Below, one piece after another: positions 25,211 to 37,770 of a stretch of DNA of 64,000 bases. A model generated the notes under the pieces. It worked only from the letters and a program-made list of their open reading frames with translations. It did no database searches and had not been told where the DNA came from. Every line of letters starts with the position of its first letter. The stretch's first letter is position 1. The stretch spans positions 99,634,001-99,698,000 of the forward strand of contig NC_043004.1 in assembly GCF_006345805.1 (NCBI RefSeq). The letters are read 5' to 3'. The stretch comes from Octopus sinensis (lineage: Eukaryota). Made by a program: the position numbers and the translations under genes.

Positions 25211-26884
25211 GACATAAAATCGATGCCTTTCATTTCGTTATAGTTAAGTTGTATCATTGTATAACTGCAAGAATAGTTAAACTTATCGAGGGGTAGTGAT
25301 CTTTTCTATTGATCTAGAGAAAATACGTCCCAACTAATGTTAAGAAATGCTAATTAAAGGGACGATTATGCCTCTTTCAAAATCATAACATCCCAGACAC
25401 GGTATTTATATTCTCTGATATATTTTCAATGTAGCCGCATCAGCAGAAGAATTCACTCTTATACTTTGATATCGCAGTAAAAGATTTGAAAGTAAAGATA
25501 GCGTAACTGATTATAAGAAAATGATTTTCTACTTATAAATCTAATAATGATTGTGAAATTATCTTACAATATTTAGTTTAAAAAAAAACAATGATTAAAA
25601 AGTATGTGAGCAAAACTGAACAGATCCTATATCACTGACTTTTTCTTGATTAAAAGTAAAATACTTTGCTTGCATGGGGGATGCTGCAATGATGGCTCAC
25701 GCATCATCAAATGCTAGTATTATTTCCTATTCAATTGGAAGAAGTGCCAAATATTTTCATCGCGAAAAATCAGTAGAAAATCCTAGAACAGAACTTGTTT
25801 GAAACCAAATAGCTAAGTGTTAGTTGTAACTGTTGTCAGGGACGATAGAATTTAATAAAAACATATGTAATGTTACATTTAATTTTGCTGGTTTGACATG
25901 ACTTGTTGTAATATGACTTGTAAAATGTGGATTATATCTGTTTAATCTGAAATACACCTTTTACTGTAATATTTATATAATCAATATCATATATTTTTAT
26001 GTAGATGTTAGTGATAAAATTGCAAGGAACCTGTAGTAAATTTATTAATATCATTTAAATGTTTCTTTTCTTCGAATTCACTTATTTTTTAAAATTCTAA
26101 TTCTGTTGCTTATGTATTTCGGGTAAGTGTTATTTTGCCTTCTAGATTTGCTATTGCTGATCCGAAGCAAGGATCTTCATCAAAAACGTATAATGAATTT
26201 TGAGAGAGTAGATATCAAACATATTCTTGTTTTGTGTTAAATCATTTTATTTATGTATTTTTATTTTCCTTTTTATTTTGGAAACTTTTCACAGACATTT
26301 TTTCACTGAGATAAATATTCTGTCTAATCTTTTAGATGAAACTTTCAGTTTTCTGTTGTAAACATTTCAGGTAAACTTTATTTGAAGAGATCGGAATGTT
26401 TTTCCTCTCAAATTGTATTTATTGTCTCTTTTTATTCTTAGTTGACGTTTTCAAACAACTCTATCTCAAGCGAGATCTTATTTCTTAATGTAGATGTTTT
26501 ACGTATACATAAACGACATTAACTGAAAAAGGGGTGAATAACTAATGCTCAGTTAAATATTTAACATTACCGAAGTGACAGTGACTTCGGAGTTGCACAA
26601 AAACTAACTTTCCAAATGTGCAACTGTCGAGAAAGTAAAAACACAACACACACACACACTCACTGACAAATAAGATAATCCAACTACGTATGATGTTGAA
26701 GCCCTAGACATATGTGGCTATATTGAAATACATAGTAACAGAATGGAAAGAAGATGGAAAGATATATTAGAATACGTTAGTCAAAAACAATTGAGAGTTA
26801 CGTGTGTCAGTATGGATCATTGCAACTAACTATAGGAAAAGAAAGCGTTTTCGTGTCCAACTTTCTGCGCCTGAGATAAAACCA

Positions 26885-27035
26885 CAACGATGACACCAGT
26901 TCCTATCATCATTTTGGATCGATGAAAATAAAATATTCCAGGACAGTGGACTTGCTGAATTTGAACTCAGAGAGCACAGACATGGTTCGAATACCAAAAA
27001 GGATTTTCTCCAATACTCCATCGAATCTGCTATGT
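26885..27035 (-). mobile_element. Highly degenerate family A SINE
   Basis: Residual GAATTTGAACTCAGA and spacing. Confidence 0.35.
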
Positions 27036-27429
27036 GTTTTGTGCATTTGATATTCGTACCATTTATGACATTTCAAACAGTTTTCAATGCGCAATCGCTA
27101 TAGTCATACATGCATGATAAAAATTCGTCACAGACTTATTCATTAGGCATAAACCTTGTAGTAAACTGACATTTCGTATTTGTTCTTGGCCAAATCTTCG
27201 GTTTGGGTATATCTTTCTCTTGCCTTCCTAATAGTCTCTGAGTCTTGTAACGGGACAAGGGCACAGCATTTCCCAGGGGGTAAAAGAAAATACCGAAACT
27301 GAAAATTCTAAAAAATGAATGCTTCTTTGTAACGGATATAATTAGTGAAATCTAGGAATGTGGCAGCAGATATTTTCTTGTAGTGGCTGTACGATATTAT
27401 TCATATTTTACATCAGAAATTTATTTAAC

Positions 27430-27478
<49 letters not shown>

Positions 27479-30365
27479 CTAAAACATAAAGTATTCACTG
27501 CTGCAAGTGATCTTTAATTAATGAAGTCGCCGATTCAATTTTAAGCTTCTTAAAAATTATTTAATTTAAATATAATTAACAGTTAGACATATAACAGTAA
27601 TAGAAATTTACATCATTATTAGCATGGAAAATATATTAATTTATTTCATGCCGTATGAAGAAGCGGAAGCTTATATAGCTATAACGAAAATAAGTTGCCG
27701 GTCTATACAATGAAAAAAAAAAATGATAAATGAAATAATAAAATTCCATTTATTCATGCGTATTTTATAAATATCAAATTACTTTTTTGTAAAGTAAGAA
27801 AACTATTGGATTTCTACTACTTAATCGACTTGTAGACGAGAATATAAGATTTGGTAAGTTCTTATAAACTAGAAAGAAATGCAAAATGTATAAATATGCA
27901 TAAACAAGAAAATTGAAACCGAATAAGCTGTAAAATAATATTAAATTTTACGATTAAAATATGTAAATAATATAAATTTTGTTGAATAACATTGTAAACA
28001 TGATATAATAACTGTTTAATCGATATGATACACAGTCAAGGGTAATGATATTGCCAATATAATTTATCTTTCTTGATATCTCATTAAATCAATTAAATCC
28101 TAAACAAGTTTAAGGTTAGATGTACTATATATTTTATTTTATCCTTTTTGATATCTCATTATATTTCTCTCCTTCGTTTTATCTCATCTATATCTATAAA
28201 ACAGTCCTTGGACGAAAATTGTATGCACATTTTGCTTTGACGGTTAATGGCGGCCAAACCGAGGCTAGGATCGAGCTGGAAATTGGCAGGGATACTAAAT
28301 GCGTGGTGAGGATGAGACCCGCGAAGGTTACAATTCACAAGCTATAAAGATGTGGTTGCTATAGGAAAAAGAGTGATTTTTTATGGATTCAAGGGGCCCA
28401 GAGCCCCTCTGGGTTTGTGCGATTGGCTTTTTATGCCCAGCGGCATGCACGGCAGGCTGTTGTGCTTCATAAACATACATTTTGTCGCGAAATTCCGGCT
28501 ACTAGGAAACAATTTTTCATTGTTAAAAACGGGTGCCTTTTGCCCTCATTTTCTTTTTAATCTTTTTATAAAAGTGAAAGGATTTCGTCTATTTATTTCT
28601 GCTGTCCACTTACGACGGTGATTCAGTTGACTAGGAAAAATTTACGTGATGAATATCCAATTCCAAACTATCTTAATTTACATATTGAAACTGCATTAAA
28701 CTTTGGCAAGCTTACCTTTACCTATTCGGAGTTACTTGAAAGGTTATGTTCCCTTCCCTCTCTTGTGATTGTTGATACCTTTTTTTTTTTACCTTTGATA
28801 CCGTTGTTTCACTTTAAGGATGCTTCTTTACCCAGCCATTATGATATTTCGACTGCTGTTCATTGTTTCAAATCGGCTTTAGCATAGTCATTCTAGCGTT
28901 TTTAAACACTCACATATGATTCGTCCCAAAGAATCAACCTTTAAATAAGAATTTTGCTTCCACTAGTGAAAGTTATACGTATCTTTCAGGAAGCTCCATA
29001 CCAATTTAACTTTATGTCGCATTCGCTGTTAGTTTATGTGCACGCTATGGGGGAAGATAGAATAAAGGGGCTTTTCTTTAGGAAGTATTTTACCTGTGTA
29101 TATTACAGTTTGAAAAGCTTGTTTTTAGGTGAAAGTTTGAAATCAATATCCCCGTATAAATTCTAATTCTATTTTATGTATACACTTCTTTATCATTTAA
29201 TGTTAGTTGATCTTTATTAAAAAAATATTATTGTTTCTATTACTAAAAAAATGTATATTTTAAGACATAGTTGTTTTAAACAAAAACTCTTAAAAAAGAC
29301 AGCAAAATCTAATCCATTTTTTGCTTTAAACACATCCTGTTACCTTCAAATAAAATTTGCATTAAATGTTTACATGAGAAAATCTCAAGTTTTCCGAAAG
29401 GTTTCGGTAGAATATATATTTCTTTGAAAATGTTCGCTTGCGGATACAGAAATGTCTGTAAAACAGGAAAACATCCTACTCCAAATTATTTACTACAACT
29501 TTTGGAATGATGTATTTTTATGTGATTAGAAATATCAAAGTTCTAAGAAGTATCACCCTGGTCTAGAAAGAACAATTTTAAGAAGTTAAAATTATGAAAA
29601 CAGTGTATTAAGTAAAAGTGATAAAACCAAAAATGTATATAAAATTAACAAACAATCTTTTCTTTTCTTGTGCTCTATTCAAAGATCACATTTAGTATTG
29701 CTACGTAACTTTAAGCCTGAAAGTACTTATTTTTTCTTCTGTACAAAACTGCATAACGTTTTGAACAAACAGCTTCAATATATTCATAAGTAACCAAATA
29801 TTCTCCATAGGAATATTAAGTACTCTGTTTGAAACAGCTATAAGATTATATACTTTATCACCAAATGAACACTTTTTTAATGAGACATCCGACTGTTACA
29901 TCGAAGTTCTCAGCAGATATGATTACATTACAAAACTAAAATATAACATGAATAGCGCCAACATCTATGAAACATTGTAAGAGGTATAATCTACTCTTTA
30001 ATTTTCAAGTTCTAACAAAATTTATTTACATTTATTTGGAAACATTTGCATCCAAATGGCAAATACGATAAGCTATTTCACCAAAAATATTAACATCTTT
30101 TATTCAATAACTTACAGCTTTTATATTTATAATTCTCGCAAAATAAAACACATTCAGAAAATAAGAATGCTCAAAATGTCATTTGCTTCAAGTCTATTAC
30201 TTCTGCTTTACAAATAAACTGTATGTTAAAATCAACAAGCCTATTGTATCGTATGAACTACGGTCAGTCATAAATCGATACATAATTAGTACATTGATTT
30301 TAGCGTCAACTCCTTAAAAAAAATAACAATGGTCACACTTTTCGAAATGAAAACAGATAAATACG

Positions 30366-30399
<34 letters not shown>

Positions 30400-30469
30400 A
30401 CAGCATTGGTCGATACATCTGCGCTCTAAAATCAACCACATTTTTTTTTTATATTGTCTACTTTGTTAG

Positions 30470-30685
30470 AGCAGTTACGTTGCAGAAACGTTACCGCGCG
30501 AGGAAAATGCTTAGCAGTATTTTTTTCGACCTAACATTCCAAGCTGAAATGCTGCCGGGGTTGATTTACCTTCCATCGTTTCGGAGTCAATAAAATAAAA
30601 ACCAGTTGACCACTAGGGTCGATGTAAATGATTCCACCCTCACCTACTACTGCTGGCCTTATTCCAAAATTTGAACCCAATATTA
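30470..30685 (+). mobile_element. Degenerate family A SINE
   Basis: GCAGAAACGTTA...AAATGCTTAGCAGTATTT...CCAGTTGACCACTAGGGTCGATGTAA. Confidence 0.75.
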
Positions 30686-33184
30686 TGTACTTTGATGCAT
30701 CTAGTATTACTGACAGCAAAAAGCAAATTTTCAAATTTAAAGATTTATTTTGTTAATTTAAAATGCTATTTTTAACTTTAAAAATGCACATTTAGTTTAA
30801 GTATAAAATTCATTTAAAGATTTGTAATCCTTTTAACTTTACTTCTCTGTATTCTTTCCAAAATATTTGGTGTTTCAATAAAAGAAGCTATGTACATTTA
30901 GAATTTCTATCTCAGAGAAGGCTTAATAAATTGTGTTTTCATATTGTTTAACTAAACTTGTTTATTGAAAAAGATACTTCGTTTCATAATCTTCAAAGTC
31001 ACTGTACACACTGCAGTATGGTTTATTGTGAATGATTACTTCATACATAAACAACTTTCCTTGCCAACATTCTGTGTTCAGTATTATAATGTGTGTTTCT
31101 GCTTGTGCAGGTGAATTGCATTTGGTTGGCAAATACTTTCAGGTAAGTTGGATCGTCAGCTGATACCAGCCTGAAATTGTCCGTTAACACTGACGTTTCG
31201 TAAATAGCTTTCAGGTGGTTAAAAAATATCCTCGGAATCTATTACACCCCTCCACATTCAAAGCCGCAATGTCTTTTAACCATTAGTATAGTTGAGAACG
31301 TGTATGGAGTACCATTGCACTGTGGAGATTCGGAGAAATATTACCGGAGTTCACATGGAGAAGTATTCCGGGAGCTCATACGGTGTTACACAATTGGTCG
31401 CATGCAGATCATAATCGGTTGTAGCTCTCACTTTCCGGTAAAGCAATGGCCTCTCTGCGAACTAGTGCCGTACCGATAATCCCTGGTATTCCAAGTAGTT
31501 ATCCTTCCTCACCGGTTATTAGTCAATGATTGCCAAGTGTAACTTTCGGCTAAGTTGCAATACAAGATTATTCTCGCTTTATCTTAAAACGCTATAAGAT
31601 TGGTGGATAGAACTTATTAAATGGCTTTTTCCGCGTTGTTCATATCAAAATCACTTCGTGAATTTTAAGATATTCTGCGCAAGAATTTATTTTTTGAACA
31701 GTGGCCTTAAAATCTTACATGGAAGTATCTGCAATTTTCAAATTTAATGCTCCCATCTTTTTGATTTGCATCGACGAAATCACGACAAACATGTACACGT
31801 TTCACTTCTAGCGACATTGTAAAGTTGTCTGTGCTTTTGAATAGGCATTTAAATAAACATTAACAGCTTTAACAGATTCTCGTACAAAATTTAATGTAGG
31901 TTTCACATTTCTAAGACACAGTACACTGAAAGAGACTAAGTGACGATAATTCCGTTGTTTTCAGTTCACAATTAGTTGTATGGCCTCTTTCAGCATGATT
32001 TTGCCGGTGATAGATTGCATAGCAGCCGTCACCAATTATCGTTTGTGAAAGGAACTCTTGTACTTAATTCGGCTTACAAAGTCTATCTAACATGTAACAC
32101 GAAGATAGATTCTTTCTTCCACATAGTCGGTGTAACAAGTTTGCGTACATTTGTTTGGATTAGGATGTTCAGCAAAAGAATAATTGTCGATCTTTTGCTA
32201 TGTTTGTGTTTTATTACGAAGAGAATATGACATTGAGGTAAAGCTCTTTTCTCCAATTCAGCTGTACTCGCAGGGTTTATGAATTTTCCTCAATTTTCAG
32301 ATTCAAAATAGTGTATATGTTACTGCCCTTCAGTTAGAAAACCTCGACCAGTTGTACCAGAAAGGTCTACGGTGGCTTGATAGGCATTCTGTTCTCTTGT
32401 AAATTCTCACCATTTGGCTTCCAGGTATATATCACAAAATATAATGGTTCTTTAAGTTTTCTTACTATAGCCTTCACACCTTCGTACTGCCTTACCATGT
32501 ATGCCCAGTCCAATGAACATGGCCTACAATGAATGCATCTGCGAAGCTGTTATACAGATCTACTCTTAGAGATCGTGTTGATTGTTTTGAATATACTGCA
32601 AGTAGGAAGATTGGATTTGTTGCATTGATTTACACAAACAGATAGGGTCCCTGATGTAATATATTATCCGATTATCTTCATTATTCAAAAAGAAAAAAAA
32701 CTAAAGCAATTTCAGTCTTCTATGATTTAAACATTAAGTTATCTAAACATCAAGGGATGAACTCCAATACATCATAGGATTATAGTCTTCATGAGATTCG
32801 CTAAACTTTTCAAGACATGCATGATTGTTCTTTGGTTTTTTTTTCTCTCAGTACCAGTTTGCCAGCATCTGTTATATTGATCAGTTTCTGCGTATTTACG
32901 AGGTTTCAATAGAACAACTCCACTGTTTGCAGACAAGGACTACTTTTTGGAGTGTTCGTCATCTAGCCGCTTGTCAGCACGCAATCCAATAGTATCATTT
33001 TGTGGCATCTTGGCAGCGTCAATTTCTTCTTCAAAGACAGAAATATTTGCAAAACTTGTTCTCTTACACCAGAGCAGACTGAAGCGTACTAACATTAACA
33101 TCATCAAGGTTTTCCCTAGCAATGAATACAACCGCCTTCTGCCTACAATCAAAGTTCCTCAGAAACGTAAATGTAAGTTCACAT

Positions 33185-33597
33185 AGGCTCAGAAGTGGCT
33201 GCGTGGTAAGTAGGTTGTTTACCAGCCACATGGTTCCGGGTTCAGTCACACTGCGTGGCACCTTGGGCAAGTGTCTTCTACTATAGCCTCGGGCCGACCA
33301 AAGCCTTGTGAGTGGATTTGATAGACGGAACCTGAAAAGAAGCCTGTCGTATATATGTATATATATATATGTGTGTGTATCTGTTTGTGTGTCTGTGTTT
33401 GTCCCCGTAACATTGCTTGACAACCGATACTGGTGTGTATATGTCCCCGTTACTTAGCGGTTCGGCAAAAGAGACCGATAGAATAAGTACTGGGCTTACA
33501 AAAGGAATAAGTCCCGGGGTCGAGTTGCTCGATTAAAGGCGGTGCTCCAGCATGGCCGCAGTCAAATGATTGAAACAAGTAAAAGAGTAAAAGAGTA
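33185..33597 (+). mobile_element. Family B SINE inserted in the Gypsy remnant
   Basis: Full head-body-(TA/TG)n-tail ending CAAGTAAAAGAGTAAAAGAG. Confidence 0.93.
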
Positions 33598-34199
33598 TAT
33601 AGGAACCGTGTTCCTTGTGTTTTAAAGCTTTTACAAATACTACCGTGCACCCCTTAAGTAGAAAGGCGTCAAGCAACTGTAGTATTGTTTACTTTCATGG
33701 TGCACATTGTCTTGTCACTGTTGCACATGCAAATGCCTCTGAAATATGCTTCTACTGATTCAAGTATGAATAATGGATGTTTCCCATCAATTAAATCTGG
33801 TACACCTCGGATACGGATGAAACCAGATTTAAGGCAAATGCGAAACCCGTAATAGCTTACTCCTATTCGCATTTTCATGTGTATTAATGCCTTCTGATGG
33901 CTGTATCTGGCGTTCATTTAACTACACCGATGGCAGGTTACATTGACAGCTAATATTAGAAATGAATTTATTTCATGTTTTGCAATTTTTCATAGGGAAT
34001 TCTATTTGAAGTTCTTAAGCTGATGTTCATCATTATGCTATTCAGACTTTCTAATATCTGTTTACTTCATCATTGTGGACCATTTTCTCAGGCTGTTCTT
34101 TCCTCTTCAGCATATTGTGTTAACACACCTTCTTACTGCTCTTGAGAAAGCTACTGCCATGATTCTCTAGGTTGTTCAATATCGTATCAACATACCTTG

Positions 34200-34204
34200 T
34201 CTCT

Positions 34205-34278
<74 letters not shown>
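34200..34278. repeat. (CT)n microsatellite
   Basis: Directly visible. Confidence 0.97.
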
Positions 34279-34282
<4 letters not shown>

Positions 34283-34419
34283 GTTGAGCATGTCTATGTT
34301 GTGCAGAATCTTGTGATTGTCCACATGTTTGTCTGTAAGCTGCAGTCACTTGTCTGTTTTATTATGTTTTCTTGCCACATCCTTGCTGCTCTTCTGTGAA
34401 GCATTTCCCCTAATTTGCA

Positions 34420-34858
34420 TAGGCATAGGAGTGGCTGTCTTACCAACCACATGGCGTAGGAGTGGCTTTCTTACAAAGCACATGGTTCCGGGTTCAGTAC
34501 CACTGCGTGGCACCTTGGGCAAGTGTCTTCAACTATAACCTCGGGCCGACCAAAGCCTTGTGAGTGGATTAGGTAGACAGAAATTGAAAGAAGCCCGTCA
34601 TATATATGTATATATATATGTATGTGTGTGTATGTATTCGTGTGTCTGTGTTTCTCCCGCCAACATCACTTGACAACCGATGCTGTTGTGTTTACGTTCC
34701 CGTAACTTAGCGGTTCGGCAAAAGAGACCGATAGAATAAGTACTACGCTTACAAAGAATAAGTCCTGGGGTCAATTTGCTCGACTAAAGGCGGTGCTCCA
34801 GCATGGCTAAAATCAAATGACTGAAACAAGTAAAAGAGTAAAAGAGAGAGTAAAGAGT
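34420..34858 (+). mobile_element. Family B SINE with duplicated head segment and about 96-bp flanking direct repeat
   Basis: Head shows a 31-bp tandem duplication (GGCATAGGAGTGGCT.../GGCGTAGGAGTGGCT...); flanks 34325-34420 and 34859-34960 are direct repeats. Confidence 0.92.
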
Positions 34859-36774
34859 ATGTTTGTTTGTAAGCTGCAGTCACTTGTCTGTTTTTTTATG
34901 TTTTCTTACTTTGTGCCGCATCGTTGCTGCTCTTCTTTGAAGCATTTTCCGTAATTCATATTTAAGCTATTCATCGAAAAAATTACACTTGAAGAAAACG
35001 CAATTGTAATAGAGAGAAAATCCCTTCTCTTCTATGTTCTTGTCACTTGCGTGTAACATTGATACGAATTTTTCGATATGTTATGTTATCTCATAAATAA
35101 TATGTTGTTTTTTTTTATTAATTTACTCCGAGCATTTAATTTTACAAATATTTTCTTACGAAATCATTCTAAAATTTGAATTATTTTGTTCCTATTATTC
35201 ATGAATTTTATCTGAATAACAAAAGAGTTTTTTTGTATCTTACATATTACAAAAAATTATTTCTCTATTATCATATATCATTATACTTCAACATATATTT
35301 TATTTAATGAAATATTAATAACATTTTATGAAGTTGCACTTTATATAGTTAAGATTCCGTTTTACTATAGCAATATGTCTTTTGGGCTATTTTGAAGTCT
35401 ATGTAGTCGCTGTTCCAAGCAAGTCGAGTAACTATATAAATGCTCTTATATTTATAAATATCACTCTATGCTATTAATGTTTGTTAAAGACGATGAATGG
35501 AAAATGGAACCTTTCAATAATAGCATTGTCTCCAATACTAAAGTAACTTTGCAGTGAGAAATGTAAACCAAAGTTTCCTCATGCCTCATCTCAGTAGTAA
35601 ATTACCAGATTCAGTGAATTATTTCATTGACGTTAAAATGTGTTCCGTTTATATTTTATAAAATTATAAGCTGTTGAATTAAATAGAATATAATACATTT
35701 ACCTCACTAGAGTTGGCAGTTTTACATACTGAAGAGTTTGTTAAATGATTGAGTCATTTCAAATGTAATCACTTCAAGTGTAGAAGGGACATCATACTGA
35801 CGCTATTTTTATTACCTTTTTCTTCTTCCGGTGTTCCGCATTTTTTAAATATTTTCCTTTCAATGCAGTTCATTGCAGTATCTTTCTACGAATATATTTT
35901 TGCGGTGGCTCTGAAGAACATGAGGAACTTAACCAAGCAAAACCACGCTCCCTAACTTCCATTTGTGAATTTAATGTATAACGTGATTGTATTCAATGTT
36001 TCCCTTCTTTGCTTCGATATTATCCATCTTTATCTGTGCATGTGACGGACGGAGAAACCGATTGACGAATGGCTGGAGAAACACAGCTATTATTGTAATC
36101 TAAAAAGGAGAGGTTTTCCCCATCGATAAATTGTACCAGTTGGAAGCTCTATCAGATTTGAGTTAGTTTCATACGAAATTCTATATTCCAAATTCAAATT
36201 ACCTAATTAAAATTCTGAAACGATTGCACATTTCGCACAGATTCTGGAGACCTCGCAATTATTCTAAAGTTAAATGTGCTTAAAGAGAGTATTTTATTGT
36301 TCACACATCAACAATTGTTCTGTATATACTAGTAGTGTCTTAATAAGCTTGACATATTTCGAAGCTGCCATTTCACGTTCCATCGAAATAGAGTCTTTGA
36401 AATTCAAGTACATTGTTGCACAAATTAATAGTATATTTCTATAACAGCCAGAACGTTATCAATTTATATGAAATTTCCATCTTTGTAACATTATCTGAAA
36501 GAGAATTGGTATATTATTAACCCAGAAATTTAATCTTTACAGAGATTTGTTCTTTACTCTATTAATTGAATGCAGAGAAAATTGGATATAGATTCCTATA
36601 TTTATTGTCATATTTATTTCCTTATTTAATTATTCAATCCTAACACTGTAAATTAATATTATAAGTATAACTCTTGCCTTTATTTTAGCTCCGATGTTTG
36701 TGTATCAAGATTAATTTTCTTTCTTAAAAAAACTATTTCTACGTTCTTATTTCATTGCTCATTTTCTGTAAACC

Positions 36775-37006
36775 TATTTCTTTACTACCCACAAGGGGCT
36801 AAACACAGAGAGGACAAACAAGGACAGACAAACGGATTAAGTCGATTACATCGACCCCAGTGCGTAACTGGTACTTATTTAATCGACCCCGAAAGGATGA
36901 AAGGCAAAGACAACCTCGGCGGAATTCGAACTCAGAACGTAACGGCAGACGCAATACCGCTAAGCATTTCGCCCGGTGTGCTAACGTTTCTGCCAGCTCG
37001 CCGCTT
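36775..37006 (-). mobile_element. Family A SINE
   Basis: Full copy with 13-bp TSD TTTTCTGTAAACC at 36762-36774 and 37007-37019. Confidence 0.95.
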
Positions 37007-37208
37007 TTTTCTGTAAACCATTGATTTATACAGAATTATTATGCAGCTGCTTGCTTTTTCCTGAAATATTGAACCTGATAAAAGTTTATAGAATACTTTC
37101 TTACCACGATTCCCTAAATCGGTGGGTGTTAACTCATTCAGTTTTCAATACCACGCTGTCTTCCAGATTTTACAGCAGCAAAATTCATATTTACAATTTT
37201 ATCTGATA

Positions 37209-37603
37209 CTAGTAGTATCGCCCGGCGTTGCTCGGGTTTGTAAGGGAAATAACTATAAAGCATTTTTAGAGAGTTATAGCCAAAAAATAGCAAAAAAATG
37301 CATTAAAAATTGAAAAAATATGATGGTAAATTTTTTTTTAAATCGTTGACTAATCGTAGACATTTTTAGAGAGTTACTTCCCTTATATTTAAAACAAATA
37401 TGCATTTAAATGGCAAAAATGATGGCAAATTATTTTTTAAATCGTAGACTCATCGTAGACTCGCGCTAATACCCAGAAGGGCTCGATATGAATCAAGACT
37501 ATAAGATACCCGGTTTTGGTTAAACTGCACCGCAAAATGTGGGAGTAGTTAGGAATCTAAATCGGAGTAGACAGACACACAACCTTACTTTTATATATAA
37601 AGA
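37209..37603 (-). mobile_element. Non-autonomous Helitron
   Basis: Minus strand A|TCTTTATATATAAAAG 5' end; 3' hairpin CCCG-AGCAACGC-CGGG then CTAG|T; inserted in an AT dinucleotide with no TSD. Confidence 0.9.
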
Positions 37604-37770
37604 TATCATGCTTTATGTATTGTCATTATGTTTATAGCACCATAGTTCAAACACGTTTCAGAATATTCCCAGTAACTGATTGCAATGTATACACATACAG
37701 AATATGTATACCACATAGACTCGCATTTACTGGTTATATTTTTCAAGTGCCATGTCTTATTTAATCGAAA

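Larger units (their letters stand above)
31239..34420 (-). mobile_element. Fossil Ty3/Gypsy-like LTR retrotransposon (gag-RT-RNase H-integrase remnants)
   Basis: Eroded motifs in Gypsy order on the minus strand: zinc-knuckle-like (about 34290-34400), FRICLKSGF for FSKLDLKSGF (about 33820), ITDAG for RNase H TDAS (about 32870), YHRQNHAER for YHPQSNGxAER (about 32000), then GGAGGGG polypurine tract followed by TGTAATAG at 31246. Many stops and frameshifts. Confidence 0.6.

Noticed and set aside
25676-25804. Short protein-like ORF MGDAAMMAHASSNASIISYSIGRSAKYFHREK
   Set aside because: 42 codons, no recognisable motif or strong splice sites.
31145-31225. CTGAAAG...GAAACGTCAG (minus) and CTGATAC...GAAAT (plus) hammerhead-like strings
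   Set aside because: Core boxes and stems are incomplete on both strands.
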